Shown here one piece after another: positions 1-11,100 of a DNA stretch of 64,000 nt (position 1 is its first letter; each line of letters opens with the position of its first letter). The notes under the pieces are model-generated. The model did no database searches, was not told the origin of the DNA, and was given only the letters and a program-made list of their open reading frames with translations. This stretch comes from a virus (taxonomy: Duplodnaviria; Caudoviricetes): IMG/VR virus record IMGVR_UViG_3300021431_000094, positions 35,915 to 99,914 of that record. One strand, given 5' to 3'. Made by a program: the position numbers and the translations under genes.

Positions 1-10
1 TCTCCAGGCA

Positions 11-796
11 TTGAGAGTGAACAGAAAAAACAGAAGGATGCCGATACGTGTCATCGAAACTGTCACATCTCAATTCGGACGTGATGGAGAACAGGCTATA
101 TCAAATGCCTGGACAGAAATGATGAATGGAGATATAAAGGAAAAGGAATTTGCCCAGAATCTCTTTATCTATGCTGTTTCACGAGGTGGTTTTGGCTATC
201 TACCTCGTAATTTTGCCCATTTGGCACCCCCGGAGCTGAGACAACAGATATTGGGAGGAAGATATATCGAGAGCCTGCAAAGCCCAGAAGCATTATTGAA
301 GAGACATTCCTCGGATCATTCATCAAGTAAAGTAATGACTTATAACGATTGTGACAACTTCATCATGCAGTTTATCCTCAATCATGCCTATAATGAGAAA
401 TTTATTGAGGAATACGATGAAGTGCCAACAGCTGAAGACACTGATGCGTTGGTTGTCGCAGTAACAAACAAAGAAAAGTATTTGGACCGCCAGCTGATGG
501 TTAAAATACCGTCACGTAGAATGAGTTCCAAATCCCAAGTGCTATACACCAAAGCCAACGAACTTGGGGTAAGGTACAACTTGAAAGAGTACGACAGGCG
601 GACAGCAGCAGCCGACATGCTCAGTATGATTGATGAAGAAACGAGAGAAAAGCAAAACCGGTATCGTAAGAGAGCACCAAAAGAAACGATAGAACAGCGT
701 AATATCCGTAAGACAAGTCTATCTGAAAAACTGGGAGAAATCGCAGGACAGATAAACAAAGAGATAGAAGAAAATCCAGACAAATCATGTAACTAA
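11..796 (+). CDS. C-terminal part of a large crAss-like virion/cargo protein, probably truncated by the window edge
   Basis: ORF begins essentially at the window edge and ends 11 nt before the next giant gene; no diagnostic motif. Confidence 0.55.
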   Translation: MRVNRKNRRMPIRVIETVTSQFGRDGEQAISNAWTEMMNGDIKEKEFAQNLFIYAVSRGGFGYLPRNFAHLAPPELRQQILGGRYIESLQSPEALLKRHSSDHSSSKVMTYNDCDNFIMQFILNHAYNEKFIEEYDEVPTAEDTDALVVAVTNKEKYLDRQLMVKIPSRRMSSKSQVLYTKANELGVRYNLKEYDRRTAAADMLSMIDEETREKQNRYRKRAPKETIEQRNIRKTSLSEKLGEIAGQINKEIEENPDKSCN

Positions 797-807
797 AAAC
801 ATAAGGA

Positions 808-3800
808 ATGGGAGAATCTTGTAAGATAACACCGACATTGAGTAATGGCGAGGAAAGCCCCCTTTGGAAAAGTCTTATCGACTACACAAAGGGAGACAGA
901 TCGCTAGCGTCCGAGGCTTATAACATATCATTAACGCCTACCTTTCGTAAGATGGAGGGAGTAGAGCTTGACGAGAACGGCGAAGTAACAATGGCATCGT
1001 TAATAGAAAAGCTACGCTTGGATGAAGAGGTGAACGACAATAACAACACCAAAGAGAAATATGAGTTGGGTGCCATAACGCCAGATGGTAAGCTAAAATC
1101 ATATTCAGATGCTGAAGAAATAGGTAAGCGTGTCAGGGCATTTAATGAAAAGAATCCCGACAAAGTAGCCACAATTGAACGTGGCGGTGACGGATTTGTC
1201 ATCAAAGTAAACAATGTCGGGATAGAGAATGCAGGTGCCAAAGAAGAAATGGTGTTCCAGAATGCGTTAAACCAAAAACTGAGAAGCGTTTTGCGTTCAT
1301 TGGGATTTGATGTCAATGTAATAGAGAGTGAGAGCTTTGACGGCAGGTTTAGCGGAGTGGATGCAAGGCCAAACGCAGAAGGGCTTCTAACAGTTATAAG
1401 CATAGCCAAAGGAGAAATGGGGGAAGAGGCCTTCCCAGAGGAATTTGCCCATCTTTGGTTGAGGGGTATGCATGCAAAACCGTTAGTACAAAGATTAATC
1501 GCAGTATTGGATGAAGCTGCGGTACAAAAGATACTCGGGGACCAGTATGACCTTTATGCGGCCAGGTATGACAATAACTTCCTTAAATTGCGAGAGGAAG
1601 CTGCCGGAAAACTACTAGCATCGTACATCCAAGGGAATCCAATTGAATTGCAGCAGAAAGAAGCACCGAAGACGTTGCTCCGCAGAATATGGGATTGGAT
1701 TAAACGCAGTGTGCTAAGGATAAACGACCAGACTGTCAAAAACCTGTTGAGTGATGTGCCTACAATCGTAAACAGGATAACGGATGATATATTCGACGAA
1801 AGGCAACTGGCGGATTTTGACAAGAACCATGTTTTGGAAAGCGAGGCATTTTACAAACTAAATCGAGACATCAAGACCCTTTCAGACCTTGCGGAAGAGG
1901 CTGTGACGACAGAGATAAAGAGGCTCACGCTTGTGCAGCGTAGAAACAGAAGCAAGAAAATAAACAAGAAAGAACGCTTACGGCTTAATGCAATAACAGA
2001 ACGTATAGAAAACAAGCGATATTACAGCAGTATTACGCAGTTCCTTAAGGGCGGTATGGATGAGCTGAAATCCATCAAGGCTCAACTGAAACTGTATAGC
2101 AAGATCATTGAAGAAGGCAACCTATCTGTTGGTAGCGACCAACTGCGGTTGAGGAGGATGAAAGACACAGCCTCGACATTGCGTAATCTGTATGACTTCA
2201 TCAATGTGTATGGGGATTTTGTCAGCCAGCTAGTAAACCTTGACAAGACCTTGGGTGAAGAAGTAACTAAATCACTTACGAATGAACAGATAACCGCATT
2301 AAAAGATGCGGCAAAGGATTTCAACCAACTTATCACTGAAACAAACGGCATCTATGAATCGTTACGGTTCAATTTGGTTTACAGCTTTCTTAAAGAATAC
2401 TGGGGTGATGACAAAGTGGCAACGATGGGTAGAAATAAAGGAGATGCCTTTATCCTTGAAGACCTGCTGCAAAGAGCTGACAGCGATGTGTCGATGTTTG
2501 ACAGGCTGGTGTGTGCCATGGAAGATGCAGGTGACCCATTGCTTTCCTTATATGACAGGATAGTCAAAACAGCAAGGATGCGTACTGACAAGCGTCTGCA
2601 AGAAATGTTATACCGTATAGGAAAGATACAGGAACAGGCTGAGAAGAACAAGCTCGAAACAAAATTCATGTATGTGTTGGACCAGGACGGTAACCCAACA
2701 GGCGACATCATAGACGAAATTGACTATAACAGATACTATGAAGAAAGACGGCAATTCAAACGTTATCTGAAAGGGGACGTAAGCGAAGAAAATCCAGCTG
2801 TTTGGAGAAGAGTAGATGGCAAAGAAGAAAGAAAGACAACAAAGGCTTTGGACGCTAAAGGCAAACCTTTAAGCAACAGTATGATTTATCGGCGATTGTT
2901 AGCCTGGGAGAAGGAAAGGACGAAAGAAGTGTCATATGAAGTGATGGGGCCTGATGGAAGAAAGGTTACCCATACGGAGAAAGTACCCAAAAAGAGTCTC
3001 TATCCGTCAGATGCACTTGACAAACTGACAACCGAACAAAGAGAGTATTATGATGCCATGATGGAAATAAAGAAAGAGCTTACGGGATTGACACCCAAAG
3101 GTTCTATGCGAGTCCATCAGGCGGTAATGATGAGAAAGAGTGGACTACAGTCAATAAGGCCCAAAGCATTATGGCAACGCATCCAAGATCTGTTTGCGAA
3201 ACGAGAAACTGAACTTGATTTTGGTGACAATGAAAGCGTGGATACAGAGTCCGGAATCAAAAAGGATATGGACAAGCAAGAAAAAAAGAGATATGTCACA
3301 GTCGATGCCCAAGGGAATATCTATGATAGGGTGCCTTTATACTATGTGAAACGTCTAGACAACATGCAAGACCTTAACACAGACTTTTCCGCATCTATGC
3401 TGGCCTTTGCCGCTTCGGTAATCAACTACGATGAAATGTCGAATATTGTAGATTTGTTAGAACTAACGAAGCAGCAGCTTATGGAACGTGAGGTAGCCCA
3501 GCGGTCAGGTAGTTACCAATTATTTCGTAGATACAAAGCATTCAAGGAAGAAAGAGAGGAAGAGCATACCATGAAAGCATCCCAGCTGCGTATGGGTGAA
3601 TTGCTCAACCAATATACATTGAGTGCCGTTTATGGCAAAAGAAAGAATGCCGGATCGAGTATCAAAATAGGTTCGAAAGACATTATGTTGACCAAGGTTG
3701 GGGATGCAGTGAAGAATTACGTAAGTGTACTTGGAATGGGCTTCAACGTGTTTAGCGGTATCAACAATATCGTTATGGGAGCGCAGCAGATGTTTATTAG

Positions 3801-5064
3801 CTCTACCGGTGGGCGACTTTTCAACATTAATGATTTGCGGATTGCAAATGGTAGGTACTTTGCAGGATTGTGCGGTCATTTTAGACAAATTGGTGCCAAT
3901 GTGAAAGACAACAAGCTTGATATGCTTGTGAGAGAGTATGACTGCCTGGATGACTTCTATGATGGCATCACACGAACAAAGACCTATAACAATGCCATGT
4001 ATCGAATTATTGGCGATGGTTTTGAAAGTGCCTCGTTCTTCATGCAGGAAATTGGAGAACATTACTTGCATGTCATACCGATGTTTGCTATGTTACATGG
4101 TATTGCTGCGAAAGACGCAGATGGTAAAATCACGAACTTACTTGACAGTTATGAAGTTATACAAGATGACGAAAAGGGGATTCCTGTTTTGCGAGTGAAA
4201 CCTGGCACCATGGTGATGAAAACTGACGAGACAGGGAATCCTGTTGATGCAGATGGGAAGAGGCTAACAAAGGAAGAAGTCCGCAAAGGTGACAAAGTGA
4301 TATGGGAAGAGTTCGACAGAAAGAAATTTGAGAAAAAGAAGCAGCAGCTGAAATATGCCAACCATAGAATGCACGGAGCATACGGAGCTTTGGACAAGGG
4401 AATGATAAACCGTTCAGTATGGGGCCGCTTTATCATGCAGTTCAGACAATGGATGCCAGCAAGTATTGGCAGACGATATGGTAAATCCCATTGGTCGGCA
4501 AGTGCGGACGATTGGGTAGAAGGGTACTATAGGACAGTATTCCGTTGGATAGGGGACATCAGAAAACAAAATTTCAAGGTAAAAACCGTCTGGAATGAAC
4601 TGAGCGAACAGGAGAAAGCCAATATCAAGATGGCCGGTGTAGAGACATTTTTTAAAGTTGTTTTGATGATATTGCTAGGGAGAGGCTTATTCGGTTTAGG
4701 TGATGACGATGACGATAAAAAATGGATTGACAGCCTTGATAGTTGGTGGGGCAGGCAATTAAAGTATCAATTGAACCGTCTGTATATGGAAACAGCTGCA
4801 ATGACTCCTGGACTTGACATTATCGGAGAAGGACTTAAAATACTCAGGTCACCGGCAGCTGCTGTGAATGTAACCTCAAATGTGATTACAGTAATTAATC
4901 CTGCAAGTTGGTTTGATTATTACGAGAGTGGAAGATATGAGGGTCATTCCAAAGGATACAAGGCTTTGATAAGTTTGATACCCTGGTATTCACAAATTAA
5001 GAAAGCTTATGAATTAACCACAGAGGACTATGCATTCACGATATTTGAGGGAGGGTATAAATAG
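808..5064 (+). CDS. Giant crAss-like virion cargo protein (1418 aa) with a degenerate zincin-like motif
   Basis: FPEEFAHLWL followed later by REEAAGKLLA resembles zincin-like domains of phage polyvalent proteins; helical C-terminal region GRFIMQFRQWMP; large size and context. Confidence 0.65.
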   Translation: MGESCKITPTLSNGEESPLWKSLIDYTKGDRSLASEAYNISLTPTFRKMEGVELDENGEVTMASLIEKLRLDEEVNDNNNTKEKYELGAITPDGKLKSYSDAEEIGKRVRAFNEKNPDKVATIERGGDGFVIKVNNVGIENAGAKEEMVFQNALNQKLRSVLRSLGFDVNVIESESFDGRFSGVDARPNAEGLLTVISIAKGEMGEEAFPEEFAHLWLRGMHAKPLVQRLIAVLDEAAVQKILGDQYDLYAARYDNNFLKLREEAAGKLLASYIQGNPIELQQKEAPKTLLRRIWDWIKRSVLRINDQTVKNLLSDVPTIVNRITDDIFDERQLADFDKNHVLESEAFYKLNRDIKTLSDLAEEAVTTEIKRLTLVQRRNRSKKINKKERLRLNAITERIENKRYYSSITQFLKGGMDELKSIKAQLKLYSKIIEEGNLSVGSDQLRLRRMKDTASTLRNLYDFINVYGDFVSQLVNLDKTLGEEVTKSLTNEQITALKDAAKDFNQLITETNGIYESLRFNLVYSFLKEYWGDDKVATMGRNKGDAFILEDLLQRADSDVSMFDRLVCAMEDAGDPLLSLYDRIVKTARMRTDKRLQEMLYRIGKIQEQAEKNKLETKFMYVLDQDGNPTGDIIDEIDYNRYYEERRQFKRYLKGDVSEENPAVWRRVDGKEERKTTKALDAKGKPLSNSMIYRRLLAWEKERTKEVSYEVMGPDGRKVTHTEKVPKKSLYPSDALDKLTTEQREYYDAMMEIKKELTGLTPKGSMRVHQAVMMRKSGLQSIRPKALWQRIQDLFAKRETELDFGDNESVDTESGIKKDMDKQEKKRYVTVDAQGNIYDRVPLYYVKRLDNMQDLNTDFSASMLAFAASVINYDEMSNIVDLLELTKQQLMEREVAQRSGSYQLFRRYKAFKEEREEEHTMKASQLRMGELLNQYTLSAVYGKRKNAGSSIKIGSKDIMLTKVGDAVKNYVSVLGMGFNVFSGINNIVMGAQQMFISSTGGRLFNINDLRIANGRYFAGLCGHFRQIGANVKDNKLDMLVREYDCLDDFYDGITRTKTYNNAMYRIIGDGFESASFFMQEIGEHYLHVIPMFAMLHGIAAKDADGKITNLLDSYEVIQDDEKGIPVLRVKPGTMVMKTDETGNPVDADGKRLTKEEVRKGDKVIWEEFDRKKFEKKKQQLKYANHRMHGAYGALDKGMINRSVWGRFIMQFRQWMPASIGRRYGKSHWSASADDWVEGYYRTVFRWIGDIRKQNFKVKTVWNELSEQEKANIKMAGVETFFKVVLMILLGRGLFGLGDDDDDKKWIDSLDSWWGRQLKYQLNRLYMETAAMTPGLDIIGEGLKILRSPAAAVNVTSNVITVINPASWFDYYESGRYEGHSKGYKALISLIPWYSQIKKAYELTTEDYAFTIFEGGYK

Positions 5065-5073
5065 TCAAAAAGA

Positions 5074-5114
5074 ATAGAAGTGATAGAAAAAATAGAGAGT
5101 ATAGATATTATAAT
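5074..5114 (+). repeat. 9-bp-period ATAGA array
   Basis: ATAGA at 5074, 5083, 5092, 5101. Confidence 0.8.
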
Positions 5115-5115
5115 C

Positions 5116-5149
5116 AAAAAAAGGGTAGTCAAAAATGGCTACCCTTTTT
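5116..5149. terminator. Bidirectional intrinsic terminator between convergent giant genes
   Basis: aaaaagggtagtca-aaaa-tggctacccttttt, with A and T tracts on both sides. Confidence 0.9.
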
Positions 5150-5165
5150 AATTTGGTGATATTGA

Positions 5166-8100
5166 TTAGTGGCAGTTGATGAGGTTTTCAGCAAGAGCCT
5201 TGGCATCGCTTTTTGTCGCGTTTGACATCTGTTCTACCCATTTACGGCCTTGTTCCATAGACATCGACAAAACACGTCTTAGGCATTCATGTTTGAAAGG
5301 GAGCCAGTCTGTTCCGTTTATCTTGTAAGGTCCGAAAGAGAATCCGGCTTTCTCGTACCACTTGTTCATATCCTCTTCTACAATGCGTGCCTCGCCGACC
5401 TCATCGCTTTCGCCGTCCTTAAGAGCGTTGCGGAATAGTATACTCCAACGCCAATAACCATCATCGTCTTTCTTAATGGTGCCATGCTCGTCGGGGCCTT
5501 CTGCTTGTTCCTGGTATCTGCGAATGATAGAACGGTTAACCATTTCCCAAAGATGCTTTACAGCTTGTGCGAGTGGTAGAGGACCTTTCAAGAAGTCGGG
5601 GTGTTCCATGAGGAAATCCATACGTTCAAGTGTATTCAGAGACCAGTAGGTGTTCCAAAGTCTTACCAATTCGGGATCGTCATGGTAAAGGCCATCATTC
5701 GCTGGATTTTCCCAATTCTCTTCCGAGGCACCTTTGAACTTAGGCTTCATGGTGATAGCATCCGCACTTGGCTCAACATGATTGGAAGATTTTTGCTGGC
5801 TACTTTTCTGATTAGGTTCTGTGCCGATATCTTCTTTTGTCTTGGCAGAACGAGTCCTTGGAGCTTTGTTTTCAGGATTGGGTTTAGGAATTGGAGCTTC
5901 TTTGGGAGCAGGAGCTTTTTCCTCGGCAGAAACCTGCTGTCCTTGTTGTTCAAGCCAATTTGGGATAGAAACACCTGCGGCACGGTTGAATGCGTCGTTA
6001 GGATACATCTTAGGCTTGCGTGTTTTTAATCCATCATTGTTATCAAATGACTCAAATCCCACGACATTGCCGTCCCTGTCACATACGATAACAGTTAAAC
6101 ACTGTGTATCCAACTTACCATTTCCTCCGACGAAAGAGCCGACATAGACAATAGAATCAGGGAAGTTGCGTAGAACAATCCTGTGGCACTTTTTGAAAGT
6201 GTAGTTCACTTCTTTTCCTAATGAATTTGTGATTGTCGCATTCAGCGTAACGCCGTCTGCAGTGTTGTCCTCTGCAAATTCAAAGTCTTGGAACTGGTCT
6301 TGGGCATTGCTGAGCTTTTCTGCTCTAAGTTGGGCGGGGGACTTGGTGCCGGTGATTGTACCTTCAACAGCCTCTTTCATAGACTTTTCTTTTTTTCGTT
6401 CAGAATATTGTTTTTCAGTACCCATCCAAGCAACCTCAACAGAATCCTCGGTAGGATAATTCAATTCTGCTAAGTAAGTACGGCCACTAAATTGGAAAGA
6501 TACTACTTTATTTTGTATATTGAAGCTGTCGATTATTGCAGAAATCAGAGAAGAAATTTTTTGATTTTGTTTTTTCGCCTCATTGTCAGTGACGATAAAG
6601 TTATCCCCGACCTTTGTTCTGTAATAGATACGGGTTATACCATCAATAGTAACCTTGATATTTTCTGAAGGCTGTCGTTGTTCGGTGGAGCGGGTGGGTT
6701 TGGTCCTTACCACAGGTTTCTTAGAGGCATTAGTTTCGGTGCCTTCATATATAGTGAAGCCTCCATTTACGTTTCCGGCCACAGTATGGGTAGTAGAAAG
6801 AATTCCACTTTGTAGGATGAAATCTTCATAGGGCATATTCTGATAGCGGTTTTCATTGAAATAGAGGTCATGTAACGAAATGCGGGTTTCGATATTCTCG
6901 TATATATAGCGGATTAATGCTTCTGGAGATTCCAAGTTCTCGCTTGCAGGGTCGCCAGTGTTCATAATCGATACATGCTCATCATCAAAAATGATAGGCG
7001 TTGAAGGTCTATCGTTCTCGTCCCTATCAAGGAAATAGAGTAAGCTGTAGATTTGGTGACGAGCACTTAGACGTTCTTTTATATCAGCACTTTCAAAAAG
7101 TATTTTTGCTTGTTCACGTAGTTCTTTGACGAAAGGAGTATCCCAGTTAGCATCTAGGTCGTAAGCAGTTCTGTCGAACATTTTAAGAGTAACCTGTGAA
7201 GGGAACCAACGTCCGTCAGCCACTTTGAAATAAAGCCAAATAGAGCCGTTGTACCGGTCATCAAGCTCATCTTCTACATAAAGCCTGTATATGTCGCTTT
7301 CATTTACATCGGCTGGTAGGTTAACGATAGGATGGTTTTTCGGGCCGTAGTAGAACTGCAGAACGAGAGGCCTTCCGTCAAGCCACTCTCTAGTGACATC
7401 GTGAGGTTCTTCGCTTTCAATATATTTGCCAGTGTAAAGTTGTTTTACCTTGGTCGTGTACATGTCAGTGGACACAAAATCGTCACCATTCAAAAAGTCG
7501 GAATCATTGTCCATTGTTGAAAGGAATTGCTTTATGACGCGGTTTTCGGCTTCACCAGCTCCTTCTTCGTCAGAATAACCTAAGCAGCCTACCATCTGGA
7601 ATGTACGTCCATCCATAACGATGTCACCTTCTTCTGACTCGATTGCCAGGAAAAGATAAGGCATTTGGTTGGTATCTTGTTTCCAACGTAAGAAATAGAT
7701 TGGAGTATTGGGATTTGCACGAATGATGTCAGCAAATCTGCCACTATTGACAAAAGACAAAGCTCCATGTGATTCAAGTATATCGACAATGGAACTGTTG
7801 GGACCAATAGAACCTTTCTGAGTATTCTCTTCGTCACTATGCCCATAGAACACATACTTAGTCCTTTTCTGACTGGTTAGCAGACGTTCTTCGGAGTCGC
7901 CGTTGAGAGGAAGAATTTTGCCGGGGTTTTCAGAACTTTCGTCCACTGCTTCGGCTTCATCAATAGTTTCGTCTGGATTTCCTTTCAGCGTTGTCCGGTC
8001 GTCGAGTAGGTTTTGGAAGAAAATTTTAATTCTTTCATTGAGGTTTACCGTATGGATAATATCGTCCAGCTGTTTGTTAGAAAGGCTGTCAATCTCGTCC

Positions 8101-11100
8101 ATACCAATTTCATCATTGATTGCTGAGTCAATTTCATCGTCCGACATTTCGTCCGTGATTTCGACATTAGATAGTTTATCTACAATATCAGCAAGAATGT
8201 CAGAATCCGTGTTCGGCTCTAAATTTTCATCATTAAAATCTTCTTTTTTATTTTTTTTGTCTTCCTTAGACTGAGTATTTGTGTCTTGTTTTTTACGTTC
8301 TTCTTGTTTTTTTCTTTCTAATTCAAGAAGCTCATCCATTTCAAGATCAACCTGGTTATCCTCATCATCATTCTCTTCCGGTATATCATCCTTTGCAACA
8401 TCGCCCTTTCTTTGTTTAGCCTCTATATCAGCATCATCTTTTTTCTTCTTTTCTTTCGTTCCTTTTTTTGCTGGAGGTGTTTCACTTTTTCGTCTTGAAG
8501 CATTCTCTTTGACAGAAATCATGTTTGGGAGGTCGCGAAGAAGTCTCAAAAAGACATCTTTCATATCTTCCGTACATGTTTTATCATTTTTCAGATAATT
8601 CTGAATGGCTTCGGGTAGTTTGTCAATAGAATCAACGGTTTCAAGTAAAGCACGTACCACTGTCGCTACATTTGTGAAAGTAAGATTGACTTGATTTTTG
8701 TCTGCATTCTCATCTTTCAAATACTCCTGCCGCAGTTCTTCGAGTTTGTAATAGATGTCTTGACCAAGGATCATCTTGCCATATCCGTTCCTTTTTGCCC
8801 AATTCTTATAAAGTTCAGACTTTCCAATTTCAGTGGAAAGAATGTAAGTCTGGAGTTGTGTCCACTGGGAAGCGTTCAAATCCTTTCGGATGTCGTTCAT
8901 CGCGTTGTCGAAGCCCTCTTGCGTGGTTTCGTTTTGGAGTTTGTCCACACGTTTCTCGTAGATGCGTGATATGGCAATTGCTTGGTTGGTACGGATGCGT
9001 GAAGCCAGCTTGTTCGGATTGGAGGCTATATCCGCATTGTCCTTTATGGTCTGTTCGTAGGCTTTTTGGACACGTCCGAGGTCGCGTGCTTTGGAAGCGA
9101 AATCGGGGTCTATACGGTTGCCTTGCTCAAAGAAGATGTTGATAAATTCAAGTTGCTGTTTGTCGTAATGGGGCTTGTTCTTATCCTCTGCATTTGCAGC
9201 GTCATTGAGAACGTCCTGTATGAAACGGCTGCGCTGTTCGGGCGAAAGGGAAGCTATGACACCGGGTGTGGCGATACCCCAGAAGGGAGTGGGTGCGTTA
9301 ATATAGTTGTCAACAGCATCCAGCTTGTCCTCTACAGCCTTTTTTTCGTCTTCCAGTTTTTGGTTGTCCTTGTTCTCTTCTTTCGCTAACTCATTTTCGA
9401 GTTCCAAAAGCCGGGCCTCATACTGCGCTCTTAAATTTTTGGCGTTGTCAATAGAACGATACTTCATAATGTCCTCGACAAAAGCCTGTCGGTCAGAAAG
9501 GTTGTCTTTCCATATTTGATTTGTGACAGCACTTACTTCGTTAGTGAGCTTGTCAAGGCGTTCCGCAAGGTTGTCCTGTAAGATGCTGCCAAATATCATA
9601 GCTTTGCGAGCATCCACGGAAAGGTTATAGCCGTAGAGTCTGTTAAGGCGCTTGTCCTCTTTGGCAACCCGGTCGCGAATATCTAGTAGCTTTTGTGCGT
9701 TAGCCTTAATCTGACCGAACAAAGCCTTAGTGTCTAGATTGCCATCGTCATCGGTGTACATGTCGTTATCAGCTAAAGCCTCAGCAGCTATCTGTGCAAG
9801 CTGTGCTGCGTCATCCGAAGTCTCGGACATGTTAGCTATGCGCTGCATGGCATCATAGTACATCTTAGCGGCGTTACTGTTGGGACGTCTGCGGAAAAGC
9901 AAGGAAAGCTCCACTGCCTCTTCCAGCTTTGCGTTACGGTAAACGAAATCGTCACGGTTAAGCATGGCATCCTGTTTGCGATCCTGCAGGGTTATGAGCT
10001 TGACGACAGAACGGAGGTCTTCCAGTTTTTCTGGATTGTCGCCGACCATCGACTTTAGGCGTTCTTTGATCTCTTTCTCGTATTCAGCCATCTGCTTATT
10101 GTATGCCATGGCCTCACGAGCATTTGCTACAGGCGTAAAGCTGAGAGGTATTGCTCGGCGTATCGCCTGCCAGCGAGTCTCTTCCGAACCGTCCTCTCGT
10201 AGTCCTCTATGCAGCCATACATTTCTGTCGCTGCCATCCTTTGCCTTTGCAGTTACGTTGAAATTTGGCACTAACATTCCACCAATAGTTCCGAGAAGCA
10301 GGCTCTCGGCTGCCTGACGTGAGAACAGTGCCTTGCCGGCAGAACGGAAGTAGGCACCGACAGTAGGGATGTTGGGTTCGTCAGCGTCTGAGAGTCCGTC
10401 GGAGAATATTTCGATTGCGTCAGCATTGGAATAGTCTTTCAAGAACTGGTCTACATAGTGAAGGGAAGAACCCTGTGCTGCGTCGGTGGATGCCTCTTGT
10501 AGATATTCTTCCAGGCCCTCACCGATAGCACCTTTCACTATAGCCCATGTTGGGTTTATATAGTCCTCACCCATTACTATGGGCTCTTTGCCTTTTTTTG
10601 TTCTTCGTGAGTTGGCTCTTTCAAGTCTTCTCTGTCTAGCAGGCTCGGTACGCTGGCGGAGTGCTCTGTTCACACGGGAGCCGTGGATAGCGTCACGGAC
10701 GGCAGGGCTAAACAGAAACTGCTGTGTAGCCATGTTGATAGGACCATTAATGGCTGCGTTCACCCAGAAGTCCTTTCGTGCGGCTTCGCGACTTTTGTCA
10801 ATAATCATGTCGTTATAACCGCGCAAGTTCTCGTAGTTTTGCTGATACAGACGGTCATAAAGTTGCTGAGGATCCTCAGAAGAAGCTCCCATGTCAGCCA
10901 TCTGATGAAGCGTGAGGTTGTTCAAAATATCCTCAAAAGTGGAATTCTGCTGTGGGTTAAGACCCAGCTTGGTGGCAAGGGCCTGGTATTCGCCATGCTG
11001 TGCATCGTCATAAGTGCCGATAGCGTTCTGAACACCTTCTACGGATGATACTACGCCGGCGTTGAGCAGGTTCAGCGCATGATCAGTAGAAGCCATGACA

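Noticed and set aside
7495-7515. DxDxD (DNDSD) in the 2427-aa protein as an RNA polymerase active site
   Set aside because: Lacks the DFDxD context and lies in a generally acidic region; a virion RNAP catalytic motif was not found in this window
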